Origin: a virus
IMG/VR virus record: IMGVR_UViG_3300010370_000034
Coordinates: 5,808-69,807 of that record
Length of the DNA stretch: 64,000 nt
Direction: 5' to 3' (one strand)
In this document: piece after piece, positions 22,085-29,808 of the stretch
Numbering within the stretch: the first letter of the stretch is position 1
Layout: every line of letters begins with the position of its first letter
Notes under the pieces: model-generated
The model's input: the letters and a program-made list of their open reading frames with translations, nothing else
What the model was told of the DNA's origin: nothing
The model's database searches: none
Translations under genes and position numbers: made by a program

Positions 22085-22129
22085 TCCTGATTTGTTAAAT
22101 CAGAACTTTTTACGGGGTTGCTATCCCGT
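22085..22129 (-). promoter_or_regulatory. Two-hairpin 5'UTR; the second stem sequesters the Shine-Dalgarno of 22077
   Basis: Minus strand reads ACGGG-ATAGCAAC-CCCGT AAAAAG TTCTGATTT-AAC-AAATCAGGA GAGCAAA ATG. Confidence 0.6.
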
Positions 22130-22728
22130 TAATCAATATAAAAACCAGTTCTTAAGTAACTTTCATCCTTAATATAGTTATAAGATTCCATGTTTTTCAT
22201 CTCATCACCCTTCCAAACAGGTATAGCAACATTATTTCCATACCTAAAGTTTGGATTTATCCTAAAATGAACTTCAATTAAGTGATTTCCAATAAATTCA
22301 CAATTAATGTATTCATAATTACCAACTAAATCATTTAAAATTTCAGGAAAAGCGATATCTTGATCAATTTTTTCCCATTTTTGCCATTTATAAAGAGGAT
22401 CGTATGGATCCTTTGTTCCTAAAACAACTAATTCTGACTTTTTATCTTTAAAATCAACACTTATATGATGCCCGTGAAAGATTTCACACCAAAATTCAGA
22501 TGGATGATACTGTTCAGTGTGTTTATAAATGAATTCTTTACGAGCATATCGACTCATTCCGAGCATATTCATCATCGGACGGACAATATAAAAGTCGGGT
22601 TTAGGAACATAAGACCCAGTTGGTCCACATGTGTATCCTAAAACCCGACTTAAATTTAATTTATTATAGATCCACAAATCAGAAGTATGAATAGACTCCC
22701 ATTCTTCATGTGTATCTGGAAAGTACAT
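22129..22728 (-). CDS. Hypothetical protein, possibly a degenerate ATP-grasp fold
   Basis: YIVRP..N.LG, FWCE.F.G.H.SVD and INCEFIG..LIEVHFR patterns; TAAATA upstream. Confidence 0.5.
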   Translation of the reverse strand: MYFPDTHEEWESIHTSDLWIYNKLNLSRVLGYTCGPTGSYVPKPDFYIVRPMMNMLGMSRYARKEFIYKHTEQYHPSEFWCEIFHGHHISVDFKDKKSELVVLGTKDPYDPLYKWQKWEKIDQDIAFPEILNDLVGNYEYINCEFIGNHLIEVHFRINPNFRYGNNVAIPVWKGDEMKNMESYNYIKDESYLRTGFYID

Positions 22729-22752
22729 GATTACATTACGTACCTATACTAT

Positions 22753-22893
22753 TTAACCTTGTCCTCTGTACCTCTTCCGTGCCCCATTACGAGACGTTGC
22801 GGCGTACTTAGTATGCTTACCAGTTCCTTGCCGAGATTTTTTGGGTTTTGATTCAATAATAACTTTACTAGTTGGAGATGGTTTCTTTGCCAT
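22753..22893 (-). CDS. Small basic protein, 46 aa (not in the ORF track)
   Basis: MAKKPSPTSKVIIESKPKKSRQGTGKHTKYAATSRNGARKRYRGQG*. Confidence 0.75.
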   Translation of the reverse strand: MAKKPSPTSKVIIESKPKKSRQGTGKHTKYAATSRNGARKRYRGQG

Positions 22894-22895
22894 AG

Positions 22896-23066
22896 TTAAG
22901 ATTCAAATAGTGGTTCAAGTGAAATTAAATTGGGGTCGATATCTTCCCCCGAGAAAAAGCGTTCAGAGAATTCTTGAAGGATCTCAGTGCAGTCTTCAAG
23001 AGTCATATTCTGATATAACGCTTTACCATTATAACATAAGTTATAAAGTTTCTCAGAGGTACTCAT
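22896..23066 (-). CDS. Small hypothetical protein, 56 aa (not in the ORF track)
   Basis: MSTSEKLYNLCYNGKALYQNMTLEDCTEILQEFSERFFSGEDIDPNLISLEPLFES*, tightly packed between its neighbours. Confidence 0.65.
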   Translation of the reverse strand: MSTSEKLYNLCYNGKALYQNMTLEDCTEILQEFSERFFSGEDIDPNLISLEPLFES

Positions 23067-23067
23067 A

Positions 23068-23853
23068 TCAGATTACACGGATCTTTTCGTGTCCAACACG
23101 AATCCGAGGGTCGCACCAGGTCTCAATGCCACCTTCTTTTGCATCCAGACAGAACGATACGTCCTCTCCACACATATCCTGAACTGCACCAGATTCAAAG
23201 ACTTGCATCTTAGGAGCAAACCAAGGATATTCAAGACGCTCAAAGACACCGTGACGAATCATAACCCAACCAAAACCTGTGTAATCCACGGTGAATGGTT
23301 TGCGTCTCTTTGCCATAGACTCAACGGTTTCATGATTCATAACTCCACCGTTCTTACGGAAGTCATCCTCATCCAACCAGTGAGCAACTGAGGTTGTTAC
23401 CCCATCTTCAGTAGCATACCAACCACAGGCAATTTCTCTCTCTGGTTGCTCGTTGCCTTCTTTATCTGGTCCAGGCACTGCTAGATCGCACAATTGCCAG
23501 AATTTTTCTGTGTTAAACACAATGTCATTATCGATCCAAAGTTGGTAATCATATTGCAGTTTACCATCCCAAGGAATTTGCTTAGGTCCACGAAGAACGT
23601 TTGCACCGAGACACTTGCATCGTGCAAAGTTAACCATGGAAGAATAGTCTTGAGAGATCTGAATACTCATTCCATTTTGTACAAGATCAAAACAGAGTTG
23701 TACAAATGACTTCAGAAATTGATAGGAGCAACCACGTCCTGGGAGACAAAATACAATGCTCTTGCCTCGCATTCTCTCTCTAATTGCATCATAGTCCCAA
23801 TCCTCCTTAGGTTGCGTAGGAGCAGTGGCTTTTACAGTGAATCCTTTTGCCAT
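23068..23853 (-). CDS. Glycosyltransferase, GT-A fold (GT2-like)
   Basis: LWIDNDIVF (DxD), TGFGWVMI, GEDVSFC and RVGHEK motifs. Confidence 0.75.
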   Translation of the reverse strand: MAKGFTVKATAPTQPKEDWDYDAIRERMRGKSIVFCLPGRGCSYQFLKSFVQLCFDLVQNGMSIQISQDYSSMVNFARCKCLGANVLRGPKQIPWDGKLQYDYQLWIDNDIVFNTEKFWQLCDLAVPGPDKEGNEQPEREIACGWYATEDGVTTSVAHWLDEDDFRKNGGVMNHETVESMAKRRKPFTVDYTGFGWVMIRHGVFERLEYPWFAPKMQVFESGAVQDMCGEDVSFCLDAKEGGIETWCDPRIRVGHEKIRVI

Positions 23854-23901
23854 ATCTTAAAAGTTTTATCAGGTCAATTCTAACGTTTAGTTTTTAGTTT
23901 G

Positions 23902-24063
23902 TCAATAGGAAGATTCTACCATGAGTTGTCGATTGACTTCGACTTCCTCATAATCGAATCCGTTTCCTTTGAGTTCTTTCCATTTCTCTATGAATTCATC
24001 TTCAGAGAGAACAGCATCAATACAGTGGTTATCTTTGTCGTAGATGTGATAAACTTTGTCCAT
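23902..24063 (-). CDS. Small acidic hypothetical protein
   Basis: ORF MDKVYHIYD...; ATAAATA late promoter at about 24086-24092. Confidence 0.6.
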   Translation of the reverse strand: MDKVYHIYDKDNHCIDAVLSEDEFIEKWKELKGNGFDYEEVEVNRQLMVESSY

Positions 24064-24124
24064 AATCAATATCTTGACTCCCAAGTATTTATGGCATAAC
24101 TAGTAATACCTTTATCATTATAGC

Positions 24125-24814
24125 ATGAAGAATAAGGTTATCAATCATAAGTACTATCAGTGTTATGATGTATTTGATTCCAAGACAGTTGAGGAATTAA
24201 GCGATAGTTGTGACATTCATTTTGAATTGAACTCTCATCCAAATGCTAAAGCAACAAATCTATATCAAATAACTAAATGTATCATGGATTGCCATGGACT
24301 ACATTTAACAGACAGTCTCATTTATCCGTATTGTCAACCATATTGGAATACATTCTGTAAAACAGTATGTGAAAAAATAAAGGAATATCTATTATTACTT
24401 CATCCAGAATTATTACTTCCTAAGTGGAATTATGAAAATGAACTCTCTACTGGGTATCAGGTATTTCCACATTCTTGTTGGGCGATTAAAATTTTGGCAG
24501 ATAAAAGAAGAAGACCTATATGTAACTTAGAAAAAAGTAAAGATCTTCTTTGGCCAGAAGATACATTTATCACCGCAATTTATTATCTAAAAAATACAAG
24601 TATTGGTAACGGAACCGTTGTAGAATATAATAAATCTCAGTATTACAAAAGTGATGGCGCAGAAAATTCTTTGTTTATTTTTAGAAATTCTAAGTTTGGT
24701 GAGTACATTCCATATAAAGACGATGAAGAAAAAATCGTAATTCGTTTTGAATTTTGTGTTCTTGGTAAACCTCATAACGTCCCTTGGACATCTCCGAGAG
24801 TTGTTGGACCCTAG
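24125..24814 (+). CDS. DSBH/2OG-Fe(II) oxygenase-like protein lacking obvious metal ligands; the only convincing plus-strand gene
   Basis: SCWA...AIYYLKN..GT..E...ENSL.I pattern shared with 58727-59380. Confidence 0.6.
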   Translation: MKNKVINHKYYQCYDVFDSKTVEELSDSCDIHFELNSHPNAKATNLYQITKCIMDCHGLHLTDSLIYPYCQPYWNTFCKTVCEKIKEYLLLLHPELLLPKWNYENELSTGYQVFPHSCWAIKILADKRRRPICNLEKSKDLLWPEDTFITAIYYLKNTSIGNGTVVEYNKSQYYKSDGAENSLFIFRNSKFGEYIPYKDDEEKIVIRFEFCVLGKPHNVPWTSPRVVGP

Positions 24815-25001
24815 GGGCGAAATTTTTTTCCCAAAAATTTTTCAGATGAAAGTGAAATCACTCACTCGATTTGTCACCTCTGTAGGTTAGGGTAGTTATC
24901 GATTTTATATACGGGCGCAGGGGGCCGCATTAGTATAACTTATGGATCGATTTAACTGCCATAACGAGATCTGATCAATCGATGTGTCCGCACGAAAGTA
25001 T

Positions 25002-25029
25002 AAAAAACCCCCTCACGAATGAGGGGGTT
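25002..25029 (-). terminator. Intrinsic terminator with a UUCG tetraloop closing the early operons
   Basis: AACCCCCTCA-TTCG-TGAGGGGGTT followed by a T tract. Confidence 0.85.
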
Positions 25030-25038
25030 AAGTGTTAC

Positions 25039-25209
25039 TTAAGGCAGGCAACCTTTGTCGTCAAGTATACCAATGCTCAATACATTGTTATACAAACCAA
25101 CGTAGAATCTGCCGATTGATAACCCAAACTGCTCATCATCTTTCCCCGCTTGAGTATCAACGCCGAGGTAGAAGAATTCAGCGATTGAGAGAGAAGTTGC
25201 GAATTTCAT
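25039..25209 (-). CDS. Small early hypothetical protein (MKFATSLS...)
   Basis: Start reassigned to ATG 25209, downstream of the GCAA hairpin. Confidence 0.6.
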   Translation of the reverse strand: MKFATSLSIAEFFYLGVDTQAGKDDEQFGLSIGRFYVGLYNNVLSIGILDDKGCLP

Positions 25210-25261
25210 TGTGGTGATGATAGTGTGAACGTAGAGGGGGGGATTGCTCCCCCCGATTGTT

Positions 25262-25399
25262 TCATTCCTCAGGACCGAAAGCACACTCTAGAGAGTACAT
25301 TTCCAGTTCCTGATCATCATCATAGAATGTCATCCAATCATCCTCAGTGGGGATGTATTCTTCAATCTGAGAGTCACAAACGAAAGGATCAAAAGTCAT
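25262..25399 (-). CDS. Extremely acidic 45-aa early peptide
   Basis: MTFDPFVCDSQIEEYIPTEDDWMTFYDDDQELEMYSLECAFGPEE has 15 D/E and no K/R; it follows the promoter/leader module. Confidence 0.65.
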   Translation of the reverse strand: MTFDPFVCDSQIEEYIPTEDDWMTFYDDDQELEMYSLECAFGPEE

Positions 25400-25412
25400 T
25401 TCAGGTGTGGGG

Positions 25413-25490
25413 TTGTGCGGGTGTGTCCCGCTTGAATGTATCTTAGGGGGTGGGGGCACCCTAGAGCGCCCCCTGTAACATTAATTCACA
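25413..25490 (-). promoter_or_regulatory. Early promoter module copy 1 (TGTGA-N6-GTTAC, GC hairpin, -10 TAAGAT, AAGCGGG..CCCGCACAA leader)
   Basis: Repeated at 25760-25845, 26480-26565 and 28045-28135. Confidence 0.7.
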
Positions 25491-25746
25491 CTCCCGCCAT
25501 GGCGGCGATGATGCGATCCCGCTTGCGGATCTGCTCAAAGTTCACAAACCACAGATCCCGCTTGCCATTATCGGAACGGGTGGCGCTCAGAACGCCATCC
25601 TTTTCAAGGTCAACCATAAGGGCGTGAATGGTGCCCTTGTGGCGGCGGGGATCCATTCCCATAGAGCGCACGAGGTCGCTGCAGGTCTGGGGTCCGTCGT
25701 TGATCAGGCGGGTGCGGATGGCGGTGCGGATGATGGATTTGATCAT
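25486..25746 (-). CDS. Winged helix-turn-helix protein (Z-alpha-like pattern)
   Basis: GPQTCSDLVRSMG..KGTIHALMVDLEKDGVL....LW pattern. Confidence 0.65.
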   Translation of the reverse strand: MIKSIIRTAIRTRLINDGPQTCSDLVRSMGMDPRRHKGTIHALMVDLEKDGVLSATRSDNGKRDLWFVNFEQIRKRDRIIAAMAGV

Positions 25747-25759
25747 CTGTCTGATGGGG

Positions 25760-25845
25760 TTGTGCGGGGAACCTTGCCCCCGCTTGAGATCATTATAGGG
25801 GGTCAGTCCGCCCAGGTGACTTGCCAGGTGGCGGGTTTGTCACAA
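25760..25845 (-). promoter_or_regulatory. Early promoter module copy 2 (-10 TATAAT plus leader hairpin)
   Basis: TATAAT GATCTC AAGCGGGGGCAAGGTTCCCCGCACAACCCC. Confidence 0.7.
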
Positions 25846-26082
25846 TCTGAAATAATGTTAACTTGCTCAAAAAATTGCATCCACTCATTGTCACTTAGGA
25901 CGGTGCAATTCTTTTCAACAAGATCTGCGATTCTTTCGGCGGGAAGTTTAAACCGAAGGCGGGAGGGATAGTGTGTCACTGTGTTGAAATCAGGTTTGCT
26001 GTAGTGTGCAGAATGTTGGCGGTGCTGTTTCTAACTGTAGGAGACATTAGAAACATCACCACAAAAATGATGGTGAAAGTTC

Positions 26083-26244
26083 TCATTTCTGTGGCATCTT
26101 AACAGTAACAATCTCAGCAGGAGATCCGCAGGAACGATAGAACTTTGCCATACGATCTGCCTCCTCAAATGTAGCAAACGTTTGCTCTCTCCACTCACAA
26201 GAATTGTAGGGAGTTTGGTAGCGAATAGTTACACCGAGTGCCAT
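26083..26244 (-). CDS. Small early hypothetical protein, 53 aa (not in the track)
   Basis: MALGVTIRYQTPYNSCEWREQTFATFEEADRMAKFYRSCGSPAEIVTVKMPQK*. Confidence 0.65.
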   Translation of the reverse strand: MALGVTIRYQTPYNSCEWREQTFATFEEADRMAKFYRSCGSPAEIVTVKMPQK

Positions 26245-26295
26245 GATGTTAGAGTAAAGAATTGGAGGGGGATTGCTCCCCCTAAGTGTTTCAAA

Positions 26296-26466
26296 TCAGG
26301 CGATGATTTCCATCCATTCCTGTTCGTTACAGTAGATCACAATGGGTTTCCCACCGAGTTCAATGCTCCAATCGAAAGCAACATCTACGGCGTGTTCTTC
26401 ACTGGTGAAGAACTCCAGATGATCCATACCAGTGCCCTTAGGAGCAGCAGACCAGGAAGTGAACAT
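26296..26466 (-). CDS. Small early hypothetical protein, 56 aa (not in the track)
   Basis: MFTSWSAAPKGTGMDHLEFFTSEEHAVDVAFDWSIELGGKPIVIYCNEQEWMEIIA*. Confidence 0.65.
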   Translation of the reverse strand: MFTSWSAAPKGTGMDHLEFFTSEEHAVDVAFDWSIELGGKPIVIYCNEQEWMEIIA

Positions 26467-26479
26467 TTCGGGTTTCCGA

Positions 26480-26565
26480 TTGTGCGGGATCCGTTTGCCC
26501 CGCTTGAGAGTATCCTACAGCATGGGGTGGGGGCACCGTGGCACCCCCGTAACAATCCGTCACAC
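26480..26565 (-). promoter_or_regulatory. Early promoter module copy 3 (-10 TAGGAT plus leader hairpin)
   Basis: TGTGACGGATTGTTAC GGGGGTGCCACGGTGCCCCC ... TAGGAT ACTCTC AAGCGGGGCAAACGGATCCCGCACAA. Confidence 0.7.
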
Positions 26566-27177
26566 TAGGTTTTTGTGTATCCTGCGATACGCTACCCAAG
26601 TGATCGCCTGAACTTGCGCCGCTGAATGATAAGATCCTGCAACCTCAGAGATTAACTTAGCGGCGTCACGGTAAGCATCTTGAATCATGCTGAAAGTTTT
26701 GTCTGACATAGCAGGAACTTCTTTCAGGTTAGTTACACTGCCATTCCAAACATTGTAGGCGTGACCATCAATGCAGGGAGTGTCAGAATTGCCATCCTTT
26801 GCAATGCAATGATAGAAGGCAATTGTCTTATTTCCACGAAGAACTTTCGTGATAAGATCATCAGAACTCAGCATCAGTTCGATGATAGAAATCGCCTTAT
26901 CTTTGTTTGCACTGTAGGAGCAAACTTTTACAGAATCCCAAGGGAGATCATAACAATAGGCGCGAAGCATTGCCTCAGCATCCTCTACATTTCTTTCCCA
27001 CTTATTGTTAGGAGAAAGTGCAGCGATAACACCTGCCACAGTGTTAGGATGGAAACCATACTTTTCGCCCAAAGTAACACAAACCATGTAGGCGTTGTGA
27101 TACCATTGGGCACCCATCTGCCGATCCAGAGTGTTGCTCTGGAAATACATTGCGATGATCGAATCGGTGTGTGCCAT
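26560..27177 (-). CDS. Phage protein with an HhH-glycosylase-like motif pattern
   Basis: WY..A, AGVIAALSPNNKWERN, KTIAFY, PCIDGHAY and AAQVQAITWVAYRR; start reassigned to 27177 after a TAGGAT -10. Confidence 0.55.
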   Translation of the reverse strand: MAHTDSIIAMYFQSNTLDRQMGAQWYHNAYMVCVTLGEKYGFHPNTVAGVIAALSPNNKWERNVEDAEAMLRAYCYDLPWDSVKVCSYSANKDKAISIIELMLSSDDLITKVLRGNKTIAFYHCIAKDGNSDTPCIDGHAYNVWNGSVTNLKEVPAMSDKTFSMIQDAYRDAAKLISEVAGSYHSAAQVQAITWVAYRRIHKNLV

Positions 27178-27349
27178 GGGGTTGGTTTGGCGTTGATCGA
27201 ATCCTACAGCATCGCGGCACCCTGGCAACGGGTTTTGGCATCAGGAAATCTTATGGGCGGCATCAGAAATCCTTATGAGCCAGGGGTTGACTTCTAGGGG
27301 GCAGCGCCCCTACGCTAGAGGGCGGGAGGGGTGGGAAGCATACAGGTAT

Positions 27350-27377
27350 AAAAAAACCCCGCCATCGGCGGGGTTTT
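27350..27377. terminator. Intrinsic terminator, probably bidirectional
   Basis: AAAAAAACCCCGCC-ATC-GGCGGGGTTTT. Confidence 0.8.
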
Positions 27378-27385
27378 GTGTTAGA

Positions 27386-27574
27386 TTAGAACTCGACTTG
27401 CCAATCTTTATCATTGTTAAGATTGACCCAGAAGAAGTATTTTCTGTTCATTGATGCCAGAAATACTTTATCTCCTTTGTGTTGTTCTACAATACATTCA
27501 TCGTTGTTCTCCATCATATTAGCAAATCGGTTTTTTGCTTTGCTAGATTTAGGAATGACGAATGCGGTGTCCAT
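27386..27574 (-). CDS. Hypothetical protein (paralog of 61769-61963)
   Basis: P.S..AK..F...M.....C...S.N....FWV....D..W..E pattern shared between the two. Confidence 0.7.
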   Translation of the reverse strand: MDTAFVIPKSSKAKNRFANMMENNDECIVEQHKGDKVFLASMNRKYFFWVNLNNDKDWQVEF

Positions 27575-27716
27575 GGTATTAGAATTCGATGGGATCCAAA
27601 GTCGGTTTCATTGTATCATCAGAAGCGGTGATGGTGTCAAGAATCTGAAGGATTTCTTCACCATTACTACCTTGACGAAGCATTGAAATAAGAATCGAAG
27701 TGTTTTCCATGTTAGG

Positions 27717-27787
27717 TGTAAACTAGTCGAGATTTGTTAGTGTGATAAACTCGTCGAGATTAAATGTGATAACCTCGACGAGATCTG
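27717..27787. repeat. Three tandem ~24-27 bp units, each carrying CT(C/A)G(T/A)CGAGAT
   Basis: ctagtcgagat at 27723, ctcgtcgagat at 27750, ctcgacgagat at 27774; each is preceded by a tgt(ga)taa-like segment. Confidence 0.8.
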
Positions 27788-27793
27788 TTGCTA

Positions 27794-28006
27794 TCAGGCA
27801 GCAACCAGTTGCTCACTGCGAATAGCAGTGTTCACAAAGCGACCCACGCTACCTTGTGCGTTAATGGTGCTGGTCAGTTCGCTAACGAATTGATCCACAT
27901 TGGGCACAGCGTAGGTATACTCACGACCACCAGTGAAGGTGACGGTCACCTTACCATCTTGCACGTCGCTGATGGACTCGATGGCAGAAGAAGTGAAGTT
28001 AAACAT
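27794..28006 (-). CDS. KTSC-domain-like protein
   Basis: SSAIESI...VTFTGGREYTY.VP...GSVGRFVNTAIR matches the KTSC pattern. Confidence 0.65.
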   Translation of the reverse strand: MFNFTSSAIESISDVQDGKVTVTFTGGREYTYAVPNVDQFVSELTSTINAQGSVGRFVNTAIRSEQLVAA

Positions 28007-28044
28007 AATAAATTCAAAAAAAGTAAGGGTTTGAGTGAAGTGTT

Positions 28045-28107
28045 TTGAGCGGGATGCTTCACCCCCGCTTGTGAACCTAGAATAGCATCAGTGGGATGCC
28101 GTGTCAA
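28045..28107 (-). promoter_or_regulatory. Early promoter module copy 4, sigma70-type TTGACA-17-TATTCT plus leader hairpin
   Basis: TTGACA CGGCATCCCACTGATGC TATTCT AGGTTCAC AAGCGGGGGTGAAGCATCCCGC. Confidence 0.75.
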
Positions 28108-28229
28108 CCTGTTGGATCGGTTCGATAACTGTCACAACCTGGTTATCTTCGTTAAGATAATTGGTGGTGATTTCATTCGGTCCAGTGATAACCTGACCGA
28201 TGACATAAGCAACCAAAAGTGATTCAATC

Positions 28230-29730
28230 ATGATCAATAATGATGGCGGGACATTACACAGTTGGGATCATTGTACCAATCAGAATCCTCATAATCTTTG
28301 TATTCAGATTCTTGGTAATCTTCCTCTGCCATGTTGGGCATCGGAATGTCATCAATCCAGAGAAGTTCGGGCATGGTTCAGTGGTGAACGATCAAATCAT
28401 ACCACGGCGACCCAGTTCTGCCCACACATGGGACGGTGCTGCAGCTGGCACACCAGTGGCGGTGCTGTTCTTAATCCAGACCAGTTGGCGGGTCTTGAGA
28501 TCAGAGGCGGAGACGAGGGTCATGGGGTGTTCCCGTGAACTGATGTCATCATGGCACCCCAGCGGGGGATTTGCAACCCCCTGACCGATTAAAGTTTCTT
28601 ATCCTTCCAGAATCTCAGGATAAGTTTCACTGATCTCTGTAATCAGTTCTTCTTCGGTGTATTCATTGAAGCATTGAACCAGCATGTCATAAGCATACTG
28701 TTCAAGAGTTTTCATGTCCATACTATCAAGAACCATTTGAGAGTAGGCATCAATCAGTTCTGCTTTGTTCATGATTCATCTCCAAAGTTGTTCATGAGGA
28801 AGTCTTCAAGTTCATCGAGTTTGCTATCACTCAATGATACAATGTACTCATCAATGATCGTAGCAAGAAGATCAGGATCTTCTCTACATTTTGCATACAA
28901 GAACTCAAAGAGTTCTGTACCTGTAGAATAGCGAAGATCAGTCATTTGAGAACGTGGCGATAATCAATGGATTTGATGCACCAACCAGACGCGGTGCTGA
29001 TCTCATCTATGAGATCTTCCTCATCATCAGCATCCCAGATCTGACCAACATAAACCTCATTGAGACGTTCTTCGGTCATGATCTGATCTGATTCTGACCA
29101 ATCATCCTCACAATCAAGTGAGCAATCAAATTGAATTGAAGTGATTTGATACTTCATGATTCAGAAGTGAACAAATGAATGATAAACGCGGGTGCGCGTC
29201 TCGTCGAGATTTTATGGACAGTCTGTGAACTGTCCACTAGAGGAAGAATTCCTCCAGATAATAATCTACAGTGACTTCCAGCTTTGCTGCTTCCTCTTCA
29301 ATTGCAGCAGTGAATGCCTCATCAATTGACATCACTTCTTTGAGATTAAGTTCGGGTTTCATAGTTTAATCGAAAGAACGCAGACCAATTCGATCTGCAG
29401 TGCAGATGATCAGTTCACCAAGAACTTCATCATCAATTTGTCCAAGTTTGTCAACAATGATTCCACCGATGTTGGTATGAAGGAATTCCATCCATTCATC
29501 ACTTTCAAACAGTTCTTCAACAACTTCTTGAACAATTGCCTTTGCAATGTTATTCATTGATTTGTTAGAGAGTGCCATCAGGATTCACCAGCGTGTGACA
29601 TTGCATCCATGATCTTATCATAGAGTGCAGCAACATCGCAACCGACTTGCTCACTGCACTCATCCCAATCATCATGGAATTCGATCAGATCTGCCAGAGC
29701 AGAGAGTTCAGAGATGGTGAAGTTCATTGG
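28230..29730 (-). other. Array of very small, mostly acidic early ORFs (including 28942-29157 and 29366-29578)
   Basis: Consecutive 40-71 aa ORFs, often with overlapping start/stop codons, e.g. MPELLWIDD..., MNKAELIDAY..., MTDLRYST..., MKYQITSI..., MALSNKSM... Confidence 0.6.
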
Positions 29731-29749
29731 AGTGGTGTGAACTGAGATC

Positions 29750-29808
29750 AGTATAAGGGGTGGAAGGGGGGTGGTGTGCCCCCCAGTGGACAGTTACGCT
29801 GCTGTCAC
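29750..29808 (-). promoter_or_regulatory. Cyanomyovirus early promoter: GTGNCA..TGNCAC palindrome, GC inverted repeat and -10 TATACT
   Basis: Same architecture and 30-33 nt spacing at 34700, 35891, 39365, 40496, 46246 and 63814. Confidence 0.75.

Noticed and set aside
24880-24895. Telomere-like TTAGGG
   Set aside because: Single copy; expected by chance.
27717-27787. Possible mini CRISPR array
   Set aside because: Units are only ~24-27 bp in total with no 30-40 nt unique spacers, and no cas genes are present; reported as palindromic repeats instead.
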